Shown: positions 1 through 13,382, numbered from the stretch's first letter. The stretch is DNA of 64,000 bases from Octopus vulgaris (GCA_951406725.2 OX597823.1:110360001-110424000), one strand, 5' to 3'. The notes: generated from the letters alone by a model not told the origin. A program made the numbers and translations.

Positions 1-442
1 TGCTTAATTAAAATTAATATTTTGTAAGAGAAATGGCTTAGCAGAAGAGACGATTGCTGAGGGAACGACACATAGATGGGGAGCCGGACGATGTGACTAA
101 TCTTAGAAGAATCAGAAACAAGGAAAGAAATAACGACAATTCAGTACCTTGCAAATAACGATAACAAATGAATGAGCCAGTGCAGTAAAAATGCAATCGA
201 TGCTGAATGGTCCTCAGAAATAAAAAAGTGCAACAGTGGAAGAAAGAAATACAGAAGGGAAGATCTGAGAAACAAATTAACATTAAGAGGAATGGTAGGA
301 CGGTAGATATTGAACCAAAATTTCATTTATTTTCAAAGTTAACATGAACACGTACAGTAATACTAATACACAGATATAATGTATGAGCGTGTGTCTGTAT
401 GTAGGTGTAATTATGTATATGCGTATATTAGCCTCCCTCTTT

Positions 443-448
443 CTCTTT

Positions 449-516
<68 letters not shown>

Positions 517-654
517 ATATATATATGCATATATATATACATATATATGTATATATACATATATATATATACATACATATATATACACATAAATATGTAG
601 ATCTATATCTATGCTCGCGCACGTAAACACACACAGAATTACATATGCAATATG

Positions 655-725
<71 letters not shown>

Positions 726-762
726 ATTCATGCACATAATTACATATATATATATGTTCGTG

Positions 763-845
<83 letters not shown>

Positions 846-848
846 TGT
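443..848. repeat. Compound (CT)n/(TA)n/(TG)n/(CA)n microsatellite block
   Basis: Dinucleotide runs read directly. It is representative of dozens of such blocks across the window. Confidence 0.95.
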
Positions 849-1169
849 ACGCACACAACCACAAACATTATCCATACATTCCCATCGTTATCAAAGGAAA
901 AGATGGCCGCTATAACTGAAAATTCATAAACTTATCATCGAGCTTCTTTCTAATTAATCAGACCCCTTTTACCAGACCGTCTTTTAATTTCCTGTCGTTC
1001 TCTTCTGCTAGGAATGTCTACTGGTGTATTCTGGCTGCTGCCATGTCAACTGGTGGTTGGTGCTTCCATCTGGTTAACTTATTTGGCCAGCAAATGTTGT
1101 CTTTAGAAGAGAATGGTATTTGTTTAAATATACATACATAACCATTTACAACTTTACGTAGTAATCACT

Positions 1170-1360
1170 AACATCATCGCCATAATCGTGACCACGTGAC
1201 AATCATCAATGCTTATATCACCATCGTCATCACCACCATCATCATTAGCAGCATTAACAGTGTCGTCGTCGTCGTCGTCGTTCCCGTTGTCATCGTCATC
1301 ATCCTCATCATCAGCATCATCGTCGTGGTCGTTGTCGTCATCATCAACTTCATCAATATC
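1170..1360. repeat. Degenerate (ATC)/(GTC) trinucleotide low-complexity tract
   Basis: catcatc/gtcgtcgtc runs. The ORFs here are poly-I/V/S artefacts. Confidence 0.85.
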
Positions 1361-1685
1361 TGTACAATCAATATTACTACATTATTATCCATCACACATC
1401 AACATTTCCACTGTCTCTCATCCCAATATATAAAGGTCCTCTTGATCAAATATTTATCTATAAACTCATATCTCAACATATTTTAATCACACCGAGAAGG
1501 AAATTTTAAGCTACAGCTCAAGATAAAGTGAGATTATGGATTTAAGCAGAGAAGCTGTATAATCATTAAGAAGAAAATATTCATTATGTGTACATGTGTG
1601 AGTACATGTATGTAACATGCTTACATGTATACACAGATGTATGTATATATATGTATGCGTGTATGTATGTATATGCATATATATG

Positions 1686-1725
<40 letters not shown>

Positions 1726-1733
1726 TATGCATA

Positions 1734-1777
<44 letters not shown>

Positions 1778-2025
1778 CACAGACATATGCATATATCCAT
1801 CTATATACGTAGACATAAGAATATATAAATATGTGTCTGTGCATGTGAGCATATTCACAGATACACACACACACATTTGTGTGTGTGCATATTTAATTAT
1901 ATAGTATATATGTACTATATTGATATATATATATATATAAATATAGGTATTAATATCTATATTTATACAACTATGCGTATACGTAAATATATTTGTGTGT
2001 GTTTATATATATGTTATATGCGTCT

Positions 2026-2057
<32 letters not shown>

Positions 2058-2096
2058 CAGAGAGAGAGAGAGAAAATGTTAGTTATGACCAGTTCA

Positions 2097-2160
2097 TAGG
2101 GTTACTCAGGGTTTCGCAGCCAGAAAGCGCTTAGCTTAATACACATCTCGTCAGACGCTA
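2097..2160 (-). ncRNA. Candidate type I hammerhead ribozyme (degenerate stem II)
   Basis: Minus strand reads tagcgt-CTGACGA-...-GAAAC-cctga-GTA-acccta. Stem I tagcgt/acccta pairs 5 of 6. It lies next to a PLE remnant. Confidence 0.4.
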
Positions 2161-2177
2161 ATAGCCGGTGGCCCGTA

Positions 2178-2221
<44 letters not shown>

Positions 2222-2227
<6 letters not shown>

Positions 2228-3650
2228 ATTCTCTCGTCGTAAACGAAAATGAGGATTCAATAAAGCAGTTATGTTCTCTCGACATGAATATTTCTACTGA
2301 GTCCTGTTGGTGTCTTGCAAACCTTCATGCTGCGAATTAAATAAAAAGTGTTTTGGAATTCTGATATCACTTATGTGAAAGATACGATCTGATTATCCAA
2401 GCTGTACTTTGATGAGAATGGCCTAAATACCTGATACGTTCCATTTTGCTAGCACCTCACAGTTATGAATATGATCACTCGGTTTTATGTTGGAGATAGT
2501 ATGCAAGCATCGCATTTGAAAAGCGATATGTGTGTGTATGTATGTATGTATTATGGTTTTGACTTCTCTGTACTAGATTCTCAGTAGCCACAGTTACAGA
2601 CAACCAGATTGACTGTGCTGTCAAGTGGTGAGAGTGCGTAGGCAATGTTTAAATGACAGTACCTGTTTTGTCGACCTTGTAGTTAGAATTAGATCAGACA
2701 ATGAAATTTAAGAGTATGCTTTTCATTCGGGTTCTCTTTGCCAAGATTTTAAAGGCCGTGTCGGAATATGATCTTCAAAGTTGAATATTCCATGACTTTA
2801 TATTCTGTGGCCATATTCTACCGATATCCAGTATTGCTTTCGTTAGATTTGTCTGTGTATGTGTCATTTCTACTTTGTTATTTGATGAATTTGCGTAGGT
2901 TTCCCTGCTTTGGTTATAGTTTTGCAAGATTTCTTATTTTGTATGTTAGAGAGGAATTCAATTCGATGAATTTATTTCTTATCTCAGGGGAAGCATTGAT
3001 CAAGCTTTGTAAACCTTTTAGGTGCTACTAAAAAATTTACAAATCTTTACATGCCGAATTTTTGTTGTATAGATTCCGGGTGTGAGATTTTGACGACACA
3101 GTGATTGGTATGTGAGATTACATGCCATGCTGCTGTTTCACCCCCTTTTGTTCCAAAAGCGAAATAAGATTCTTCCGTATTCTTTATTTACATTATGGAA
3201 TTTTTGAAAAATATTACAGACGTAATATCTAGTGATGTTTCCTGTAATTAAGATCACAGACTTTGCTTATTTTGCGGGGAAAAGCATTTTCACAATCTCT
3301 CCAATGTGTATGTAAAAGAGAGACCAAGAATTACGGACATATGAGGATATGCGGTAGCTCCCGTTAGTTACATGTTTTGGTCCTGGAGAAAATATGTCTT
3401 AATGACAATATAAGCTTTAACTCTGACTTTGAAATTCAAGTACCTCTGTTTTCATGCCATTAAGAAACATAATGATCATATTTTCACTTCCTAAAAATGG
3501 GTAATAAGGCTTAGATATTTTTAATGGTTTTCAATAGTAGCTCATTGATAATTCTGTAGAACTATTCTTTACCAGCACCAAGATTTCAAGGAAACAAAAC
3601 CAATTCCCAAGACATTTAGATAAGAAAAATACTACCAGACTAAACCTATA
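2222..3650 (-). mobile_element. Highly degraded Penelope-like retroelement remnant
   Basis: Minus-strand peptide traces (KILAKRTRMKSIL; a YFLQ...GATAYP-like RT motif B region). The end atgatggattctctcgt...ttcaataaagc recurs at 55846. Confidence 0.4.
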
Positions 3651-4232
3651 TGTCATTCTTTATAAGCATTTTATGTCATTAACAGTTATTTTGTATAATT
3701 AATAACTGGTGTGTCTGATAAATAAATTAGTTTATAAACTTGTTTTCGAGAACAATTTAATACTAATGGGAAAATTTTTTAGACGTGTTTTATTATTTTC
3801 CTTTTCTTTTTATCTAGCTTTCTTATATATTCATATTTGCTTCTATTTTCATTTATTATTTTCTTTCGGTTTCTTTTTCGGAAAAAGATTTCTCTGAATT
3901 GTATCTCTGTTATCTTTCATATATGTCTTGAAGTCAGTTCTCTACTTCATTTATTATCGACAAAAATATTGGTCAGATTCTATGACATTAATTCCAATGT
4001 TTTAGCCTGAATTGTTTGAAGACCTTACATACAAAAGAACATGAGATATCTCTCTAACAAGGAAAAAAAATCGACAAACAAAATATGTGATTTGGGCAAC
4101 AATAGAGAAAGCTAAGAAACCACGAATTTTGGACTATTTTTAGCCTACTTATAACAATATATCATTCTTTTTCTCTCTTTCCTGTGTGTGTGTGCGTGTA
4201 CGTAAATGCGTGTGTTGGAGCGTGTGACTGTG

Positions 4233-4425
4233 ATAGTACGCCGGCAAAATGTTTAGCAATATTTCGTCCGTCTTTACGGTCTGAGTTCAAATTTCTCCAT
4301 GGTTTACTTTATCTTTCATCCTTTTGAGAACGATAAAAAAAAGTACCAGTTGAGTACTAGGGTCGATATAATCGACTTGCCCCCTTCTCCAAAATTGCTG
4401 GCTTTGTGCCAAAATTTGAAATCCA
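4233..4425 (+). mobile_element. SINE family C, 5'-truncated, tail variant 2
   Basis: ctgagttcaaatt B-box-like motif, tttcatcctttt...aagtaccagttgagtact...gtcgat core, tail gtgccaaaatttgaaa. Homologous to 8300-8528. Confidence 0.8.
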
Positions 4426-4562
4426 TATTTGGCCATTTTAATTCACTCGTAGGCACTAAAGGGGGCCCTTGACAACGACTCGGTTTTCCCCAGCTCAGCT
4501 AAATCCATGAGAAAGATGTTTGTTTTTGTTGTGTGATACACGTGAAACGAGGAAGCCTTTAT

Positions 4563-4646
4563 CTTTTACTTCATGTTTCAGACAAAAGACTGCGACCACG
4601 CTGGGGCACCATCATGAAGAACTTTTAGTCGAATGAATCGATCCTA

Positions 4647-4711
<65 letters not shown>

Positions 4712-5104
4712 AAAGTTGGTACTTATTCTATCGGTCTTTGTTTGGCCGAAACGTTAGGTTACGGGAACGTAAACAAACCAACACCGGTCGTTAAATGGTG
4801 ATAGTGTCGAACACTGACGCGAAGACATACACACGCACGCGCGCACACACATATACACACACACGCACTCACTCGAACACACATGAACATATACACACAT
4901 ACATACATATATGTGTGTATATATATAAAAGTAGATATATGGTGGGCTTCTTTCTGATTCCATCCACCAGATCCACTCACAAAGCTTTGGTTGGTCCGCG
5001 GCTATAATAGAAGACAGTTACCCAAGGTGTTACACAGTGGGACTGAACCCGGAGAGATGTGGTTGAGAAGCAAGCTTCTTACCACACAGCCACGTATGCA
5101 CCTA
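4563..5104 (-). mobile_element. SINE family A (tRNA-derived, CORE-like motif, central microsatellite)
   Basis: Minus-strand head gtggctgtgtggtaag...ccgggttcagtccc (A/B boxes). Homologous to copies at 41731, 47127 and 54278. Confidence 0.85.
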
Positions 5105-5105
5105 T

Positions 5106-5447
5106 GGATGGAAGCACTCCGTCGGTTACGACGACGAGGGTTCCGGTTGATCCGATCAACGGAACAGCCTGCTCGTGAAATTAACGTGTATGTGGCTCAG
5201 CACTCCACAGACACGTGTACCCTAACGTAGTTCTCGGGGATATTCAGCGTGACACAGAGAGTGACAAGGCCGGCCCCTTGAAATACAGGTACAACAGAAA
5301 CAGGAAGTAAGAGTGAGAGAAACCACCATCCCTGCCGGAACCTCGTGGAGCTTTAGGTGTTTTCGCTCAATAAACACTCACAACGCCCGGTCTGGGAATC
5401 GAAACCGCGATCCTACGACCGCGAGTCCGCTGGGCTATTGCGCCTCC
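5106..5447 (-). mobile_element. SINE family B (tRNA-derived) with 10-bp target-site duplication
   Basis: Head ggaggcgcaatagcccag...ggtttcgattccc. Direct repeat atgcacctat at 5096-5105 and 5448-5457. The head is shared with 51026-51314. Confidence 0.85.
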
Positions 5448-5630
5448 ATGCACCTATAATTATGATTAGAAAACCTCTGAGCCTACGTCTTCTCAGTCCG
5501 AACTCACCTGGAATTAAACAACAATAAAAGCAACAACGGACATTTCGGTTTGAGTCTTCATTATTACAATTCGTGACCTCAAATACAGAATTCCATTCCA
5601 TGAAATATTTTACACTCGTACGTATATATA

Positions 5631-6513
5631 CGAAGTCTGACCAAAAGTATCCAGACTGTTGCCATAGTCACGAAGCTAAAGCACGCAGAGTGAAACCGCT
5701 AAGCACGTATTGACTTTGAACTTTGACGGGCATACGCACTAACTTTTAACGTTTTATCTCACTTCTGCTGTTTACAGCAGCACTTGGAAGGCAGGTGTGT
5801 AGCGTGTGATCGACGTATTGACCAGGACAGAAGGAGTTGGGCAGAGATTCTGCATTAAATTTTGCCAAAAGCTTGAGGTTACCTGTTCAGAGGCATACGA
5901 AAAGTTTACAAAAAGTTTTCATCGTTCTCGACCCAATGAAGGAGATGTGCAACTGAAACCCGAAAGTCTTGTTGGTCAACTAAAAGCAGTTTTGGCACAA
6001 ACTTGGCAGACACACGTTTCATACTCAAGTCTTCAGTGATAGTAGACTCAACTGACTGTAACTAATCTGCACCCTCTGATAACTCACGGACGGTGATTCG
6101 ACGATTCCCTTCACAACTGCACGCACATCTGCGATGTATTTCTCAGGTCTGCTAGCTGCAGGTGTCCCAGAACGTTCGTCAATATCGACATTTTTAGGCC
6201 ATCTTGGAAATATCTGAACCACTCGTAGACTTGTGTGCGGCTCATACACACCTGTCCATACACTATCTGCAACTTTGCGTTGGCCTCTGAGCAGGTATCG
6301 CCATGACAACTTTCTTTGTCAAGGTCAATGCTGCGATCACATGCTACACACCTTCCTTCCAATCCCTGCTGGAAATAGAAGTGAGCTAAAACGTTAACAC
6401 TAAGTGCGCATACAAAGTAGAGTTCAAGGTCATTTTTTGCCTAGTGCTTTCACTCTGCATGTTCTCGCTTCGTTACTATGGCAACAGTCCGGATACTTAT
6501 TGATCAGACCTCG
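5631..6513. mobile_element. Non-autonomous mariner derivative built from two inverted 5' ends
   Basis: TIRs cgaagtctgaccaaaagtatccagactgttgccatagt and (reverse complement) cgaggtctgatcaataagtatccggactgttgccatagt, with TA on both sides. Transposase N-terminal peptides QRFCIKFCQKL (+) and MSRTQVYEWF...DERSG...MKRVSAKFVPKLL (-). Confidence 0.88.
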
Positions 6514-7601
6514 TATATGTATGCAAGCAAGTAGGTGGATAAGAATGAATGCATGTGCGTATGTCATACGTGTGTGTGTGCATGTATTTATATTTTAAAT
6601 AGATGTGGATGATGGTGATCAATAAACCACGTGATAAAAACGGCGGCGAATAATGGCGATAATTAGGACGATGATTGAGGAGAATGTCGGATTGGAGGAA
6701 GAAGTGGATGTTGTTCGTGTATCGATGATTCAGATGATGATGATGATGATGATGATGATGGATGTGGTGGTGGTGGTGGTGGTGGTGGTGGTCAGTGATT
6801 GTTGTGCTGAGTCTGCTGTTGCTGGTAGCATAGGCAGTGGAGGCGGCTGCGGCGTCAGCGTCAGCGGTGATGGTGATGATGGTGATGACAGCATACGATG
6901 ACATGTATAAAGATAAGAAATATTTCTAAATAAATAAGAGAAATAACAAAAAGAAAAACAAAAAAATATTCATTAAAAGCAGCAACAACGATATTCAAAC
7001 AAAACTTGACTTTTTTTTCTTTTCTTGTTAACCTACCGCTCCACCGCCCTAACTCCTGCTTTTTAAAATAACAGAAATTGTCAAAAGTGAATTGCCACAG
7101 ATCATATCTTCTGCCCAAACCATTCTTTTTCCCATCAATGATATCCAATCCATTTGGAATCCACGATCTTTGTGTGCAAAATTCAATTTATTGCAATATT
7201 TACCAAGTATTGGCAGGAAATTGACTTTCCCCTGTTTGTTTACGTATAGATACTAAACTGAGGAAGAACGGATTGACTTCAGGTTGCCAAGATTAAGGCC
7301 TGGCACCGGACTAAAGGTAAACTTTCTGCGGAGTACAACATGAAAATGTAAAGATAAAAAGTTGATCGGTCTTTGATAAGAATCTCGGCTAAAGGAAGAT
7401 TTACTGAGTGAGGGGGCGTGTGTGTGCGTGTGTGTGTATGTGTGTGCGCGTGTGTGTGTGTGTGAGTGCGTATGTGTGTGTGTGCGTGTGTGTGTGTGTA
7501 CGCATATCAAACAGAAGTGAAATGAGGACAAGAAAACAGGTAACAGAGGGAGGTGAGAGGAAGTGTGGCGAAGTGTTGTACTTTAGTGAAAGAGGTGAAT
7601 T

Positions 7602-7669
<68 letters not shown>

Positions 7670-8299
7670 GTGTATGTATGTATGTATGTGTGTGTGTATG
7701 TATATATGTACATACTTTACGCACATATAGATACACACACATATATGCATATATATATACATATATAGTATATATGTATCTATGTCTGTTGATATTGGCT
7801 AAAAGAAAACTATATCTTCATTTAATCGATAAGAAATAAAGACTCCTTTCTATAAATATTTCACGAAAGTGAACATACTCACCATTTACTGAGAGAAACA
7901 ATTCCTGGTGATTAATTGCCAAGCTTTAAAACAATCAATCTTCACTTTTATTATATTACTTATAAAATTCCTCACACATTTTCATAAGAACCCATCATAT
8001 TTTTCACAATCAAGGACACATTATCACTTGTTATATATTATAACAGTAATGTATAAACAGAATTTGCTCCCACAAACATCTAGAATAGCTAAAGAATTCT
8101 ATAGTCATGAAACTGATGAGTTTATAGTATATAACTCTGTTGTTAAAAGATTATATTTTCACTCAACGGCAACATATTGAATAACTTATAGTGTTCGCTC
8201 TCTCTCTTTATATTGTTCTTCCGTTAATTGGTGACGTAACAAAATAAGTACTCCATCCAGACAGAGTTATGTATTACTTAATATATAAACGACTGTAAA

Positions 8300-8528
8300 G
8301 GCGGTGAGCTGACAGAAACGTTAGCACGCCGGGCGAAATGCTTAGCAGTATTTCGTCTGCCGCTACGTTCTGAGTTCAAATTCCGCCGAGGTTGACTTTG
8401 CTTTTCATCCTTTCGGGGTCGATTAAATAAGCACCAGTTACGCACTGGGGTCAATGTAATTGACTTAATCCATTTTCTGTCCTTGTTTGTCCCCTCTATG
8501 TTTAGCCCCTTCTGGACAATAAAGAAAT
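8300..8528 (+). mobile_element. SINE family C, full length, tail variant 1
   Basis: ggcggtgagctgacagaaacgttag...ctgagttcaaattcc, central gactttgcttttcatcctttcggggtcgat..aataagcaccag (recalled as Meta/MESC-domain-like), tail ttgtcccctctatgtttagcccc...aataaagaaat. Confidence 0.88.
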
Positions 8529-8657
8529 ATATAAAAACGACTTCAAGCTGAGCTCCTCTAAGTTTAAAGTTATAGTCTGAAAGATTGCCCGGTAGTACGC
8601 AGCACTCCATGCAAGCTCGCCGTACAGTCGTAAGTATGAAACTTATCTCAATTTTAA

Positions 8658-8697
<40 letters not shown>

Positions 8698-8864
8698 TTA
8701 GAGAATACTAACGAGTAAATATATTTTGAAAAAAGAAGAACATCATCAAGGAAAACAAAGAAAATAAATTTTCCATGATAAAATCCTCCAAACATTTTCT
8801 TCCTTCCGTAAATGTTTCAATATGTGTGTGTATTCATATATACATGTATACATACATACATACA

Positions 8865-8926
<62 letters not shown>

Positions 8927-8949
8927 ATTAATAAATATATATATATACA

Positions 8950-9185
8950 TAGAGTTTTGGCCAAAATTCACCCGACGGTAAATCAAAATTCCATAAATAT
9001 TCAATATTCAATTTTATTTATTCATTACAATTATTAAGGTTTTTTCATTGAATGCTGTGAGTTAAAATCACCGTTTATTTTTCAACATTTGTCTATTTTT
9101 AGTGAAGTCTCATATAATTTTTTTTTTTTAATCTTGAATTTAAACGGGTTTTGATTTACTGTCAGGTGACTTTTGGCCAACCCTG
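8950..9185. mobile_element. Tc1/mariner-type MITE (~236 bp)
   Basis: About 38-bp imperfect TIRs: ttggccaaaattcacccgacggtaaatcaaaa and ttttgatttactgtcaggtgacttttggccaaccctg. AT-rich interior. Confidence 0.75.
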
Positions 9186-9199
9186 TGTACGATCTGGGT

Positions 9200-9786
9200 T
9201 CTCGTTAGAGTTTTCTTCTAGGATAATGTAAACTCGTATTAAAAAAAATATGAAGTGCAATCCGGGCCTGGTCGTCTCAACCTCTGCTGTGCTGCTTGTG
9301 TTAGTGATGGTTGCGATGAAATATGGGTTCAGCACTGCACATCACTTTATCCACTCAAAACAAATTCAAAACCATCTCTTGCTGAAACTTCTCGTCAGTG
9401 GTGGAGGTTGACAGATGTCCTGTTCCCTCTTCGTGCGTCACCTTGTCCGGCCGCTTTTAAACTTCCTGATCCATTCATACACACATATATGGGGTAGTGT
9501 ACTGTCCCCATATTGTGCTGAAAGCCTCCGATGAATTTCAGCACCTGACACACCTTCCGACCAGAGAAATTCGATCACTGCTCTTAGCTGTTCTTTGGTT
9601 CACATTGCTAGTGGAGCGGCCAAACTTACACTTTAAAGCCAGAAAGGATAATGACGCGATTAAGCTCAAACTTCGATCACGTGACCACAAAAGTACCTAC
9701 TATAAGCACGCATGAGCAGAAGGCAGTATGACTATGATAAAGATATGCTATGGCGAAAGTGCAAATAATTTATGACTTCTCCCTTG
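9200..9786 (-). mobile_element. Mariner transposon 5' remnant (transposase pseudogene)
   Basis: Minus strand encodes AAPLAM*TKEQ..RAVIEFLWSEGVSGAEIHRRLSAQYGD...VYEWIRKFKSGRT. TIR-like end caagggagaagtcataaattatttgc is followed by TA at 9787-9788. Confidence 0.8.
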
Positions 9787-9809
9787 TATAAATGTATACT
9801 TTTCTTTAA

Positions 9810-10620
9810 GCCCAATCCGAGGGCTACGGCCACGCTGAGGCATTTGCTTTCTTACACATCCAGTAAACCTCTGAAATGTGGCATTTGGTGAATGGGGAAG
9901 TTTAGCGTTGCTGCCCTTATCCGTGTTTTTTTGTCTTGAAGTAGGTTCATCCGGAACTAGTTGACAAAAGGAGATCCAGTTTTGTTTTTAAAACGCCCAC
10001 ATCCACGCCATGCGAGTCTCTCAGGCTTTGTGGGAGGATATTTAAGAGCTGTGAACTCTTGAAGCCCAAGCTTGTTGCAATATCTGGTCCAGTATCCTAA
10101 CGGTAATGTTGGGATTTTTGGTACTAAACAGTGACGTTCCGTCCTGCAGTTTGTGTAACCGACAATACCATAATTTGAAACATGTTCTAGGATGTTCCAG
10201 ATGTATATTACTGCGCATTTTTCCCACCCTTGTTCTAGGGAGCAGAGTCTTAACTCTTTCAGTCTCTCTCAGTAGATGATATGTCGCATTGAACCCATAA
10301 CCTTTCTGTAGCCTTCGAGTTCCGTCGTTAATTTTACACTGTTTGGTGGCCACAGTTTGGAGCATTAATCCAAACGTCAGAGGACAAAAGTCTTCCAGAG
10401 GAGCATCATGGTTTTCTGTTCTCTCGTTTTGAAAGTTCGAAGGATCCATCCGGCAAAATGTCTGCATTTTATTGCCAACTTAGTAATATACATCTGGAAA
10501 GGTACATCATTATTCATGTAGATGCACTGATTTTGATTCCGGAATTGCAGCCCCTCCTGGGTCAGTGTATCCTGTCTGAGCTTTGTGTATTGGTAGAGCA
10601 AGTGTATGCTTATATGCCTT
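9810..10620 (-). mobile_element. CR1-group LINE 3' fragment (RT C-terminus plus 3' UTR)
   Basis: Peptides AGWILRTFKTREQKTMMLLWKTFVL, QLLNILPQSLRD..GVDVGVFKTKLDLLLS.VPDEP and RAATLN, with many frameshifts. Confidence 0.8.
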
Positions 10621-11202
10621 GTGGTAAGACTTCCAACAAGCTGTATAACATTTGATCAGTTACGAGAAAACCTTTGTGAAATGTAGCTACCCAGAATTTC
10701 TTGGCCAAAATATTAATTTATTTCGCCATCTATAAAGCTGGTAAAAACAACAAGACTGTTCAGCAGCTGTTTTCGATGCCTTTGATGTTTGAATGAGCAC
10801 ACACATTTAGAAAAAGACAAAGAGAAACACGGAGGAGATAATTAACTTCATAGCAAATATAACCAGTGTCTTACGAATATTAATATATGTATATATAATA
10901 AAACCAAACACGAGAAGGATTTATATATCCCGTGGTTAATCTTTAATTTCTGCTTAGATGCATTTTTAAAATGCGGACATGGAAAGAAAATCTCGCTCCA
11001 GGTATTGACAAAGTCACTGGAAGTTCTTAAGTTTCTTTAAAAGATACGGCTTTTCAAGCGAGCATATGGCCGGTTGATATAAGGTTTAGTTTATTGAAAA
11101 GATCTTCCATTTGATATTGTAATTGATGTCCTTGTCCATATGTTTCCGGATTAATGCCTGGATACCTGTATTTCACAAGGTTTATTGGGGTTTTTATAAC
11201 GC

Positions 11203-11831
<629 letters not shown>

Positions 11832-12386
11832 GAGTGAGAGAGCAGTTCATGCCATCAAAGTGACACTGGGGTAAAATATACGAAGCCCGATATACCCATC
11901 ATGACTACCCGTCTGATAAAGGTACACCAGGCACATGCATCACAACCATATGTGCGCGACATGGTGATCTCATATCAAGATAAACAGCACATGGCCTTGC
12001 AGGTTGGAGCCCAGTTAGAATTTTCTTCAGGTTGAGTAGCCCATCCCGCTCAAACGGTCCCTGAATAAGGGTTGTTTAAGGATGTTGAAAGAACCACCCA
12101 TGTTTCCAGAGGTGAATTATTCAAACCCCAAAGAATCCCTCTCAACACATGGCTATGATGCTCCCCCACTACTTCTGCTCGTGATCAGAGATGCACATAT
12201 CGTCAGCCACTAAGGGACATGCTCAACTGGTTACGGTCAAACAACTGACAAGCAAATCTGTGGTATTGAGCAGAATATTTGCTGTAGCCCATCTTTTATA
12301 CCAAGACAAAACAATGTACATGATAACACTTCCAATCAGTTAAGATCAGAAGCCATGAGAGCCATTGCCTGGTACTGCATCAGGGC
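11832..12386. mobile_element. Non-coding ~555-bp interspersed element embedded in (ATT)n
   Basis: Complex, GC-richer sequence with sharp boundaries and (ATT)n on both sides. No ORF, TIR or tRNA head seen. Confidence 0.55.
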
Positions 12387-12387
12387 A

Positions 12388-12497
<110 letters not shown>

Positions 12498-13114
12498 CAG
12501 ATTCGCAAGGAACCATGACAGCTAAAATTTGTTGGTTCGATTCAGCCTGAGGTTAGCTCATCATTTTTCGATCATTTGTTTATATTTCAGTTACCTTATT
12601 GGTCCTCTGATATAATTCAGGTCTGGCTAACAACATCGAATGATGAAGGAACGTATAGAATAGTTTATAATAAACAATTGCACACCACTTTGCCTCAGTT
12701 CATTTCATATAGCATACAGAGAATATAATCAAGGCATCACAAAGAAAATAGAGAATTATACGTCTTGAAAATTCATTACACTATTATCTCATGAAATTCA
12801 CACTAAATTCCAATCCGACAAGACTGAGTAGGTGTTCTAAAGTCCTTTGACGTAGTATCATCCACCCACATGGGTAAAACCTTGAAGAAAGCTGCATAGG
12901 AATGCATAAGAACAAAGCTGCATATTGGATGAATATGTACTGAAATTGAACCAACTAAATGCATATTTAATGCTACTTTGAAAGAGATTAGCGGAAACAC
13001 GTGTCGGATTGGCATTTAATGTGAATTTAATGAGAATAGTACTATTATGAACAAATTGTTGAAGATGTATAATTCTGCATTCTTCTTTATGTTGTCTTGA
13101 TTATACATATATGC

Positions 13115-13115
<1 letters not shown>

Positions 13116-13203
<88 letters not shown>

Positions 13204-13216
13204 TAGAGAGATAGAG

Positions 13217-13276
<60 letters not shown>

Positions 13277-13382
13277 GGATAGAAAGATAGATGGATAGAT
13301 GGATAGATAGATAGATACATACATACATACATACATACATACATACATACATACATACATACATACATACATACATACATAC
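13116..13382. repeat. (GATA)n followed by (CATA)n tetranucleotide satellite
   Basis: Direct reading. Confidence 0.95.

Noticed and set aside
6497-6904. Poly-His/poly-Ala ORF resembling a transcription-factor low-complexity region
   Set aside because: It derives from (GAT)n(GGT)n repeats, with no recognisable domain or convincing splice sites.
12830-12900. KSFDVVS peptide resembling the RT motif KAFD
   Set aside because: Too short and degenerate to call.
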